Assembly (NCBI GenBank): GCA_022843095.1
Contig: JALHOH010000001.1
Coordinates: forward strand, 600,001 to 632,000
Reading direction: 5' to 3'
DNA: 32,000 nt
Source: Candidatus Saccharimonadota bacterium
GTDB taxonomy: Bacteria > Patescibacteriota > Patescibacteriia > 2-12-FULL-60-25
In this document: positions 25,270 through 32,000 of the stretch, one piece after another
Layout: each line of letters begins with the position of its first letter
Numbering within the stretch: position 1 is the stretch's first letter
The notes under the pieces: generated by a model
The model's database searches: none
What the model was told of the DNA's origin: nothing
The model's input: only the letters and a program-made list of their open reading frames with translations
Position numbers and translations under genes: made by a program

Positions 25270-25984
25270 TGTCTTGGATCGTCTCGTGCGGGCGAAGCTG
25301 CTTGTGGCGTTGCGTCCGCTCTCGCTCGGCGTCTCGTCCACCACGGCGTATGGCTTCACCGTCAGGGGCGCGAAGCTCTACGCACGCACGACCGGTGCCC
25401 CCATGCCGCGTGCCGTGCATGCGAAGCGCTCTGCGCTCACGCTCTTGCACGAGCTCGCCGTGGCAGAGGTCGGGCTCGTGTTCCGTGCCCTGCACGCCCG
25501 CGCGATTCTCGCGCTCGAACGGTTCGATACCTCGCGCGAGCGTATCGGATTCGCGCAGGCGATCGCGGGACCGAAGCCCGAGCTCGTGCCGCTCGTCGCG
25601 GATGCGTTCCTGTCCGTCCGCGTGCAGGGGACACGTCACGCGCTCTTGGTCGAAGTGGATCGTGGAACGGTGAGCGCAGCTCGCGTCGCGAAGAAAGCAG
25701 AGGGATACCTCGCGTGGCTCCGCGCGGAAGGCCCCGAGACGCGCTTCGGCGTGCGAGCGCTTCGCGTGCTCTATGTCGTGCCGAACCGAGCACGCCTCGA
25801 ACGCCTGCGCGACGCGATCCTCGACGTCGCTGGGCGTGCAGGTACGGGGCTCTTCTGGTTCGCGGAAGCGAGCAACGTCCGCATCGAGACACCAGAGCGC
25901 ACCCTCGAGCCCGTGTGGTCTACTGCGCGCAAGCACGATCCGGGACACGCCGGTCTCTTCGCGGCGCCTGCGGCTCCGTCTTGA
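25136..25984 (+). CDS. replication-relaxation family-like protein (N-terminal wHTH)
   Basis: An N-terminal wHTH-like segment (LTLYRVLEDRQLAVLVERPLEEVRDVLDRLVRAKLLV) is followed by LTLLHELAVAEVGLVF...PLVADAFLSVRVQGTRHALLVEVDRGTVSAARVAKKAEGY. This matches my recollection of the Replic_Relax signature (H...v..v ... PDa.. ... lEvDrGT...K...Y). Confidence 0.6.
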   Translation: MHQPLLVPMPPPWLSRAQDALTLYRVLEDRQLAVLVERPLEEVRDVLDRLVRAKLLVALRPLSLGVSSTTAYGFTVRGAKLYARTTGAPMPRAVHAKRSALTLLHELAVAEVGLVFRALHARAILALERFDTSRERIGFAQAIAGPKPELVPLVADAFLSVRVQGTRHALLVEVDRGTVSAARVAKKAEGYLAWLRAEGPETRFGVRALRVLYVVPNRARLERLRDAILDVAGRAGTGLFWFAEASNVRIETPERTLEPVWSTARKHDPGHAGLFAAPAAPS

Positions 25985-26124
25985 GAGATGGGGTTGGCCG
26001 CAGGCGTTCCTCTCCCGTCCGCGCGGAGGCACCACGCTCTGCGCGCGATGGCGTCCTTGGTCCCCCAAAGGATGCGTCATGTCCCTCGCGCTCGGTGACG
26101 GGCGCGGGGGCATGCGGGAGGGGT

Positions 26125-26625
26125 TCAGATGCCTGCTCCCTCCCAGTCGATCACGACGATGCGACGTGCGCTCTCCGTGTACCCGATGACCCGAGCCGTC
26201 ACATCGAAGCGCTCGCAGAGGTCCTCGGCCTTCAGGATCTCCGCAACGGGAACGATGAGGATGAAGTCGATGTGGCGCTCGAACGCCGCATCCGCGTACG
26301 GCTTCCACTGCCGTTCGGCCTCGGCTGCGGTGACGGAGTCGCTCGTCTCAACCTCGAACACGAACGAGGGCTCGATCGAGAGGCTGCCGGTCTGCAACTC
26401 GGTGAACTCGCCGACAATCAGGTCCGGGTACAGCGTGTCCGCGAAGACAAAGCGCTTGGAGGAACCCGCGTTCGCTCCAACGTCGTATCCGCCGCCGATC
26501 AGGTTGTCTGTCGCCTCCGCGATGACGCGGTCGTGCAGGTCGCTCGCCGCTGCCGTGCGTGTCCGTCCCGTCATGGTGTTCGGCATCGCGCTATCATGGG
26601 CGGTTGTCAAACGGACGATCAGCAC
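26125..26625 (-). CDS. Uma2/DUF820-like PD-(D/E)xK restriction-endonuclease-fold protein
   Basis: YPDLIVGEF...PSFVFEVETSDSVTAAEAERQWKPYADAAFERHIDFILIVP follows the Uma2-type pattern (PD..v ... vvEV.S.s....D...K...Ya..g..ey..v) as I recall it. The start is either GTG 26625 (9 nt after the upstream stop) or ATG 26586. Confidence 0.5.
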   Translation of the reverse strand: MLIVRLTTAHDSAMPNTMTGRTRTAAASDLHDRVIAEATDNLIGGGYDVGANAGSSKRFVFADTLYPDLIVGEFTELQTGSLSIEPSFVFEVETSDSVTAAEAERQWKPYADAAFERHIDFILIVPVAEILKAEDLCERFDVTARVIGYTESARRIVVIDWEGAGI

Positions 26626-26634
26626 GAGCGTGAG

Positions 26635-28068
26635 CTACTGGCTCGCGATGCGATTCCAATCGAAGGAATCACATGGTGGGGTGAAGATCGAAAACGACCC
26701 GTAGAAGTTGTCGAGGAGCTGGTCGGCTTGCCGAAGCGATGGCGCCAGTGTGGCAACGTCCTTCACGCCGAGCGCTTGCGCGAGGCTCGTCGCGGCACGT
26801 CGGCTCGTCGCTCGTTGGATGAACTCTGGCGGTCCGCTCAAGTACAACACCGTCCACGGTCGCCATGCGTCGTTCCAGTTGGAGTCACGACTGACACGGC
26901 TCCGCAGATAGAGAAAGTAGTCCGCGTCCATGAACTGCTGCCACGGGACGCGTTCAGCGAGCGGCCCGGAGGAGTACCGCGCCTTCAGGATGTCGGCACG
27001 TATGGACGTTCGGTTCTGCTTGAGTCGCTCGCGTCGCACGCGATCGAGCAGCTCCGTGAACTCCGAAAGTCTGTCGAAAGTCACGGTCCGATCCGGTCTA
27101 GAACCACCTGTCACGGTGAGCGGCGTTCGAAGAAGTTCATCAACGGTGCTCCACTTCTTTTCGCGAAGCTGAGCCTCGATGAAGACAACGAATGTTTCAT
27201 GCGCCACAAACCGGAACAAGTCGAAGCTGGTCTTGAAGAACGATCCTGAAAACCCACGTGGAACATCGAACCGACGAAGCATCTGCTCGAAGAACCCGAG
27301 CATCTCCTCCCGGACGGCTTCGTCGCCGAAGATCGCGACTTGCCCGGCGACGCGCGCAAACTGTTCGACAATGGGCGCAGATGCATCGATGGCCTGTACG
27401 AGCAGTTCGTCATCGTTGCCGCGCTCGGGGCGGAGCGCGTCGATGTCTGAGAGCGCACGCAGAACGTATCGACGTGTCACCGAGACGCGATCAGCACGTC
27501 CCTCGGCGAGTGCGTCGATGAGCTCGTCCGCGGGGTGACGCGGAGGTGGAGGAGCGGGCTTCGCTTGCTCGGCCACGGCAAGCGCAGCTCGTACCGCGAC
27601 TTCGAGTGTCTTCTGCAGCGCGCGCCGGGGGTCGGCTTTCTGTTCGTCGGTCTCCTGCACGGCGAACGTCATGGTGCGGCGTTGGCGAATATCAAACGGA
27701 AGGTCTCCCGGCGGACCGTATGCGGTGTTCATCACGAGCACGACGCGCTCCCACCCGAGTACTTTGAGCGCATAGCCGAGCTCGACGAGCACGTTTGGAT
27801 TTGGGGATGGTCGCCCCGCGGTGTCTGTCGTGACGAGTGTCACATCCGCGACGAACACCGCAGCGCGATCGATCTTCTCGAAGATCGTGGCCACGATGTC
27901 GGGTGAACCCGGAATGCCGGCGGTGTCTTTGTCGAGCCGGGGATCGACGTCGACCGTGATGTCGTTGCGGATCGCCTGGGTTGCATCCTCGAGGGCGCGC
28001 TGGATGAGGTTGCGCGTTGTGTTCCCAGGGCGGTCCGACTGCCACGCATAGAAGACGGTGGTGCTCAT
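26635..28068 (-). CDS. nucleoside 2-deoxyribosyltransferase/TIR-like N-terminal domain fused to an uncharacterised ~300-aa helical C-terminal domain
   Basis: ATG 28068 (MSTTVFYAWQSD...) lies within ORF 26635..28107. The N-terminal domain carries VFYAWQSD, GIPGSPDIVATIFEKIDRAAVFVADVT and SPNPNVLVELGYALKVLGWERVVLVMN. This matches the NDT-like pattern (I..D...I..aD.vva... then E.GYA...gk.vi) of the TIR/NDT/SLOG flavodoxin-like group. The C-terminal domain has no motif I recognise. Confidence 0.6.
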   Translation of the reverse strand: MSTTVFYAWQSDRPGNTTRNLIQRALEDATQAIRNDITVDVDPRLDKDTAGIPGSPDIVATIFEKIDRAAVFVADVTLVTTDTAGRPSPNPNVLVELGYALKVLGWERVVLVMNTAYGPPGDLPFDIRQRRTMTFAVQETDEQKADPRRALQKTLEVAVRAALAVAEQAKPAPPPPRHPADELIDALAEGRADRVSVTRRYVLRALSDIDALRPERGNDDELLVQAIDASAPIVEQFARVAGQVAIFGDEAVREEMLGFFEQMLRRFDVPRGFSGSFFKTSFDLFRFVAHETFVVFIEAQLREKKWSTVDELLRTPLTVTGGSRPDRTVTFDRLSEFTELLDRVRRERLKQNRTSIRADILKARYSSGPLAERVPWQQFMDADYFLYLRSRVSRDSNWNDAWRPWTVLYLSGPPEFIQRATSRRAATSLAQALGVKDVATLAPSLRQADQLLDNFYGSFSIFTPPCDSFDWNRIASQ

Positions 28069-28130
28069 GCTGCCCTTCACAGAAGCAATCGCGTCGAGGC
28101 CGCGCAAGTCCTCGTCCGTGTTGACCGAAT

Positions 28131-29399
28131 ATGCTCCTTCCCTTCGCGCGCATCGATCACCGGCTCGGACGAGGCCGGATCGTTGCGATTCGCGCGACGG
28201 ACGCAGCCCGGCACATCCACATCATCGGGCAGACGGGTGCCGGTAAGTCGGTGCTGATCGAAAGGCTCTTCGTCGCAGAGATGCGCGCGGGACATGGCGT
28301 CGGGCTCCTCGATCCGCACGGAGACCTGGTCGAACGACTGCTCGACTTCGTTCCGCGCGAACGCACGAACGATGTCGTGCTCGTGGACGGCAGCGAGCGA
28401 GAGGCGCCCGTCGGACTGAACCCGCTCGACATGCACGACGCACCAGCACCCGAGCTCGTTGTCTCCGGCGTCCTCTCGGTGTTCAAGAAGGTGTACGGCG
28501 ACTCCTGGGGACCGCGGCTCGAACACCTCCTGCGGAACGCGCTCTTCGCGCTCGCGGACGTGCGTGATGCAACGCTGCTCGGCGTGCTGCGCATGTTGGT
28601 CGAGGAGCGCTTTCGCGCGCGTGTGCTGCGCTCGGTGCAGAACCCCATCGTGCGATTCTTCTGGGAGAGGGAGTACCCGTCGTATCCGCCTGCGTTTCGC
28701 GCAGAGATGGCGAGCCCCGTGCAGAACAAGATCGCCGCTGCACTCACGCACCCGTTGCTCCGCGGAATCGTGGGACAGGTCCGCACGACGGTCTCCGCGC
28801 GAGAGATCATGGACGAAGGACGCGTGCTGCTCGCGAGCCTCGCGAGGGGACGGATGGGCGAGGACGCGTCGATGTTCGTGGGCGCGCTCCTACTCGGACA
28901 GTTTCAGCTCGCGGCGTATGCGCGTGCGGATGAGGCCCCGCGCGAGCGCCGTCCCTTCACGCTCTACGTCGACGAGTTCCCGTCTTTCGCGACGGAGAGC
29001 TTCGGGGATCTCTTGGTGGAGGCGCGGAAGTTTGGCCTCGCACTCGTGCTCGCGCACCAGCACATGGCGCAACTCTCTCCCGCGCTCGGCCGGGCGATAC
29101 TCGGGAACGCAGGGACAACCATTGTGTTTCGCGTGGGGCCCGAGGACGCTGCGCAGCTCGCGCCGTTGTATGCGCCGGAGCTTCGCGCAGAGGACCTCTC
29201 GAAGCTCGCGCGCCACCAGATCGCGCTTCGCCTCGCTGTGAACGGTACGACCTCCGCGCCATTCACAGCGGAGACGTTGCCGCCCTTCGAGGCCCGCGAA
29301 CGCACAAAACAGAGCGCGCTCATCCAGCGCATCTCACGCGAGCGATACGGCACGCATCGCGCGCGCCGCGACGCCCAACTCCGCGCGCAGTTGGAGTGA
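28131..29399 (+). CDS. soluble FtsK/HerA-superfamily P-loop ATPase (TraD/VirD4 coupling-protein-like or DUF87/HerA-like)
   Basis: Walker A is HIIGQTGAGKS, followed by LLDPHGD. Walker B is FTLYVDEF. The region EARKFGLALVLAHQHMAQLSPALGRAILGNAGTTIVFRVGPEDA is also present. No TM segments are seen. It diverges from the NDT/TIR-like gene across a 62-bp spacer. Confidence 0.8.
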   Translation: MLLPFARIDHRLGRGRIVAIRATDAARHIHIIGQTGAGKSVLIERLFVAEMRAGHGVGLLDPHGDLVERLLDFVPRERTNDVVLVDGSEREAPVGLNPLDMHDAPAPELVVSGVLSVFKKVYGDSWGPRLEHLLRNALFALADVRDATLLGVLRMLVEERFRARVLRSVQNPIVRFFWEREYPSYPPAFRAEMASPVQNKIAAALTHPLLRGIVGQVRTTVSAREIMDEGRVLLASLARGRMGEDASMFVGALLLGQFQLAAYARADEAPRERRPFTLYVDEFPSFATESFGDLLVEARKFGLALVLAHQHMAQLSPALGRAILGNAGTTIVFRVGPEDAAQLAPLYAPELRAEDLSKLARHQIALRLAVNGTTSAPFTAETLPPFEARERTKQSALIQRISRERYGTHRARRDAQLRAQLE

Positions 29400-29404
29400 C
29401 GGGC

Positions 29405-29653
29405 ATGATCGGGGCACGCTTGTCGAGGTGGTTTCAGAAAGCAATCACCGGCGACACGATGACGACGCGTGTCGCGAGGCACGCGAGGGAGGATCGGACG
29501 GCTCAGCGCATACGGCTCGCTTCGTACAACATCGAGAATTTGTTCTTGCGTCCAGTTGTGATGAACTAAAACTCCTGGGGGGATCGAAAGAACATCCTTG
29601 CGGCGCACTGCACGACCATTACAAAGGCTCTCCGGCACGCTCGATGACGACGA
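29405..29653 (+). pseudogene. remnant of an endonuclease/exonuclease/phosphatase (EEP) family gene
   Basis: An unlisted 54-codon ORF, MIGARLSRWFQKAITGDTMTTRVARHAREDRTAQRIRLASYNIENLFLRPVVMN, ends at TAA 29567-69. RLASYNIENLF is the characteristic N-terminal strand/metal-ligand motif of EEP nucleases. The frame continues plausibly after the stop (NSWGDRKNILAAHCTTITKALRHAR) and then ends. The remaining ~250-300 aa expected for an EEP domain are absent. Confidence 0.4.
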
Positions 29654-29683
29654 TCACGCCGAGCGCAGCAAGCGCGCACGAAG

Positions 29684-30028
29684 TCAGTCGACGTTCGCGC
29701 GTTCGAACCGCTGCCGCTTGAACATCTTGATCTTGTATATCTGCCCCTCGGTCTGACAGTTGCTCCACGCAGGTGTGACCGCTGCGCATGCCGCAGCTCG
29801 CTCACGACGAAGACTCGACGCGAGCAAGACGACCACCCCTGTGACGGTCACGTTGGCGAGGCGAGCATCGTCGACCACGCGAATGTACTCGCCGTGAACG
29901 CGGCTCGATCGACGATCGCAACAGGGACGGTCCGCCGATCGCGCGGCGGACCGCAGCATCAACACCAACGCAAACTCGTCCACGGCTGCGGCGTCGAGTC
30001 GCAGCGACTTGGGGAGATCGAGCAGCAA
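29684..30028 (-). CDS. doubtful ORF / possible frameshifted gene
   Basis: It has only a TTG start. The upstream frame closes at 30104-06. A different minus frame (29959..30225) could supply an N-terminus if a frameshift exists. No motif was recognised. Confidence 0.2.
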   Translation of the reverse strand: MLLDLPKSLRLDAAAVDEFALVLMLRSAARSADRPCCDRRSSRVHGEYIRVVDDARLANVTVTGVVVLLASSLRRERAAACAAVTPAWSNCQTEGQIYKIKMFKRQRFERANVD

Positions 30029-30213
30029 CCGCGACAGATGATCAACCGAGACGAAGGCAATCGATCGCGGCGTGTGCCATCGGTCCCCGGCGCGCCCGCG
30101 CCGTCATCGAGAGTGCGGGAGAGCCAGTTTCGCGTGGCCAGCGACAGGAGGCTTTCGTCAACCTCGTCCTCGGCCGTTGCGAAGACGCCCCGAGCGACAA
30201 AGAGGAGCGGTAC

Positions 30214-31593
30214 ATGCAAGAGCAAGCCGAACGCATCCGAGCGTGGATCGCGAGCTACCTCACCGCTTGGCGCGCGGCGTGGGACGCCGCGAGCGAATCA
30301 ACCCGCGCCCACGTCCACACGTTTCGAGCAGAGGACCTGCGCGCTCCGGTGCAGTTTCGAGTCACGCTCTGCACGGACCCCAAGTATCCCTTCTGCACCA
30401 CGGCTCTCACGCTCGCGCGCGACCCCAACACCCCCGACGGCGAGGTGACGATCGAGATCGAAGCCCCCGACACGCTCGCGCAGCGAAACGAGTATCGCGC
30501 CAACATGCTCGTCCAATACTTCGAGAGCATGCGCCAGAACTATGCTCCTGGTCGTGAGTTCGAGCCGCCGCTTCTGAATGCCGGCGTGAGATATCGCGCC
30601 GCCAATGGTTCGTTTTGGGTTCTCCCCGACGACGTGAGCCGCCTCCCAATCGAGGAACTGATCGCACATCACTTCCGCGAACAGACGCCGCACGTCATCC
30701 AACCACAACCCACGTTCAAGCCCCGCCATCTCTTCGATCTCCGCCAAACACGCGAAGAAGTGACCTTCGCGACGTGGCTCGAGTCGCCTACGAACGTACG
30801 CGAGTTGCTGTGGGAACTCGGCATCCGCGCGCCCTGCTGGTACGCGATCAGCTTGCCGCGCTCGATGGTTCTGCCGGGCGCAAGCGGCGACTTCGACTTC
30901 GTCGCAGGCGAGCTCGAGTTCCTCATGACGAACGATGAGTGGCGCGCTCGCCGAACTCGTATCGCTGCGACGTACCCCCTCGCAGCCCACCCCTCACGGA
31001 TCGATCAGGATACCGTCGACGAAGCGGCTCGTGACGGCTGCGTCGGGTGGCCGCCCGATCCCTCGGCCACCCTCGTTGGCGTCGAGGTCAAGGTCTCGAA
31101 GTATGACGGTACAAGCGATCATCTCGGAGCGACCCACGAGAACGAGGGCGAACGCATCGTCGGTCAGCTCAAGCGACTCCGGCAGATCGGCTCCGTGCGT
31201 GCGGCCCTTCTGCACCTGATCGTGACGAACCCGCGTGGAGGGTGGGGAACAGCCGATCAAGATCTCGCTCGCGCATACAGGAAGCTCGAGTCCCTGATGC
31301 CGCTCATCAAGCACGACCACTTCGGCTACTTCTCAGCCGTACTCGCGTCCGTCGCGCACCAAGACGAGCGATTCGCGGGCTCCCAGACAAGGCTCCTCGC
31401 CGACCCCAGCCCCCCAACCCTTGAACGGACCACGGACTCCGACGAGCCACGCAAGCGCCTTGCTGAAGCCCTCGGGAAACTCCCTCGTCCACGTGACGTG
31501 ATCCAACCCATCCGCGTCTGCGCCGACTGCAAGACGCTCTTTCGCGCCTTCGCCCCCAGCGCCGACCAGTGCGGCTGCACGCGTCGCGGATAG
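30214..31593 (+). CDS. hypothetical protein with a PD-(D/E)xK nuclease-like core and a Cys-rich C-terminus
   Basis: The 459-aa protein carries GASGDFDFVAGELEF (D), then about 75 aa later ATLVGVEVKVSKYD (ExK), then GQLKRLRQIG, which is the D...ExK...Q order of the restriction-endonuclease fold. The N-terminal ~230 aa are unrecognised. The C-terminus is CADCKTLF...QCGC. Confidence 0.6.
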   Translation: MQEQAERIRAWIASYLTAWRAAWDAASESTRAHVHTFRAEDLRAPVQFRVTLCTDPKYPFCTTALTLARDPNTPDGEVTIEIEAPDTLAQRNEYRANMLVQYFESMRQNYAPGREFEPPLLNAGVRYRAANGSFWVLPDDVSRLPIEELIAHHFREQTPHVIQPQPTFKPRHLFDLRQTREEVTFATWLESPTNVRELLWELGIRAPCWYAISLPRSMVLPGASGDFDFVAGELEFLMTNDEWRARRTRIAATYPLAAHPSRIDQDTVDEAARDGCVGWPPDPSATLVGVEVKVSKYDGTSDHLGATHENEGERIVGQLKRLRQIGSVRAALLHLIVTNPRGGWGTADQDLARAYRKLESLMPLIKHDHFGYFSAVLASVAHQDERFAGSQTRLLADPSPPTLERTTDSDEPRKRLAEALGKLPRPRDVIQPIRVCADCKTLFRAFAPSADQCGCTRRG

Positions 31594-32000
31594 GTCACGA
31601 CACGCGCCAACCGTATCCCGACGCCGTCGTGCAAGTCGGTGTCGAAGCAAGTGACACTGCGCGAGAGACTGTGGCAGCGTCATGCCAGGCGGCCGCAAGC
31701 GTGTCGCCGCGTTGCGGGGCGTTGGAATTGAGCGGCACCACGGGAGCTGCTTGGCAGCAGCACGCAGCGAACGGATCCACGCCAATCGTACCTCACTTGC
31801 TGTGCGAGCAGTGACGTCGAGCAACTCGCCAAGTTCGCTTGCGGTCAGGTGGAAGTGCGAGGCGTATGCGAGCAAAAACTCGAGCTGCATGCGTCGTCGG
31901 TTCCTTGCGATCGCCACGCGCATCGCACACAGAGCTTCCTCGAGCTGCCGCCTCTCGAGCGGTGAGAGTGCGCTCGCTTCGTCGAGTTCCCGGAGCCCCC
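31333..32000 (-). CDS. HTH protein (sigma-70 region-4 / LuxR-like helix-turn-helix), 5' end beyond the window
   Basis: The minus frame is open from the window end: ...LSPLERRQLEEALCAMRVAIARNRRRMQLEFLLAYASHFHLTASELGELLDVTARTASEVRLAWIRSLRAAAKQL. The first stop comes only at 31333, giving a 260-nt convergent overlap with the 30214..31593 gene, so the true 3' extent is uncertain. Confidence 0.4.
   Translation of the reverse strand, partial: GLRELDEASALSPLERRQLEEALCAMRVAIARNRRRMQLEFLLAYASHFHLTASELGELLDVTARTASEVRLAWIRSLRAAAKQLPWCRSIPTPRNAATRLRPPGMTLPQSLAQCHLLRHRLARRRRDTVGACRDLSATRAAALVGAGGEGAKERLAVGADADGLDHVTWTREFPEGFSKALAWLVGVRGPFKGWGAGVGEEPCLGARESLVLVRDGREYG

Larger units (their letters stand above)
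20846..32000. mobile_element. integrated mobile element (partial; continues beyond the window) inserted next to tRNA-Glu
   Basis: A large serine recombinase sits next to the tRNA, and there is a visible shift to GC-rich sequence from about 21.05 kb. Replication/mobilisation-type genes are present (wHTH, iterons, replication-relaxation-like protein, FtsK/HerA-type ATPase), along with nuclease-type accessory genes and a decayed gene fragment. The left boundary is uncertain within 20846-21075, and the right end was not seen. Confidence 0.7.

Noticed and set aside
23127-25673. ORFs 23127..24074(+), 24792..25673(+), 23285..23779(-), 23888..24400(-) and the first 180 codons of 24166..25269
   Set aside because: These are Arg/Ser/Pro-rich frames overlapping better candidates, with no motifs. 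Only the region from ATG 24706 onward in the 24166 frame looks protein-like.
26116-26144. Terminator between the convergent replication-relaxation-like and Uma2-like genes (GGGAGGG ... CCCTCCC hairpin)
   Set aside because: The stem is 7 bp with a 15-nt loop, has no U-tract on either strand, and overlaps the Uma2-like stop codon. This is insufficient to call a terminator.
25106-27249. Long ORFs 25106..26308(-) and 25714..27249(+) of 400 and 511 aa
   Set aside because: They are Arg/Pro/Gly-rich low-complexity translations lying antisense or out of frame to genes with recognisable motifs. This is the typical artefact of GC-rich DNA with few stop codons.
28077-29638. ORFs 28077..28751(-), 28157..28810(-), 28459..29241(+) and 28964..29638(-)
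   Set aside because: They are antisense or alternative frames of the well-supported P-loop ATPase gene and are compositionally biased.

Overview
The window splits into two parts. Bases 1 to about 20,850 are a compact, mostly plus-strand housekeeping block. It contains a PEGA-domain protein (partial), murA, a C-terminal processing protease, a Nudix hydrolase, a secreted lytic transglycosylase-like protein, an HD-domain protein, a SpoU/TrmH methyltransferase and a degenerate DHH-like protein. It continues with a small zinc-finger protein, valS, a structured tRNA-like RNA, tyrS, argS, a type-1 periplasmic-binding-fold protein, nth, rarA, a class B PBP, murF and tRNA-Glu(CUC). Several neighbouring genes share ATGA stop/start overlaps, and the layout looks like a small-genome bacterium (possibly Patescibacteria/CPR; this is inference only). 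From just after tRNA-Glu to the window end (about 20.85 to 32 kb) the composition becomes visibly more GC-rich, with long spurious antisense ORFs. The gene content there is that of an integrated mobile element. It carries a large serine recombinase next to the tRNA, a wHTH protein, an iteron-rich putative origin and a replication-relaxation-like protein. It also carries a cassette of a nucleoside 2-deoxyribosyltransferase/TIR-like protein plus a Uma2-like PD-(D/E)xK protein, a divergent soluble FtsK/HerA-superfamily ATPase, a decayed EEP-nuclease fragment, a 459-aa PD-(D/E)xK protein and a partial HTH gene. The best candidates for something undescribed are (i) the NDT/TIR-like + Uma2-like + ATPase + PD-(D/E)xK cluster, a possible defence island, (ii) the split tRNA-like RNA upstream of tyrS, (iii) the recombinase ORF that reads antisense through three tRNA T-arm repeats, and (iv) the iteron region. 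All family assignments come from motif recognition by eye. No searches or folding programs were run.
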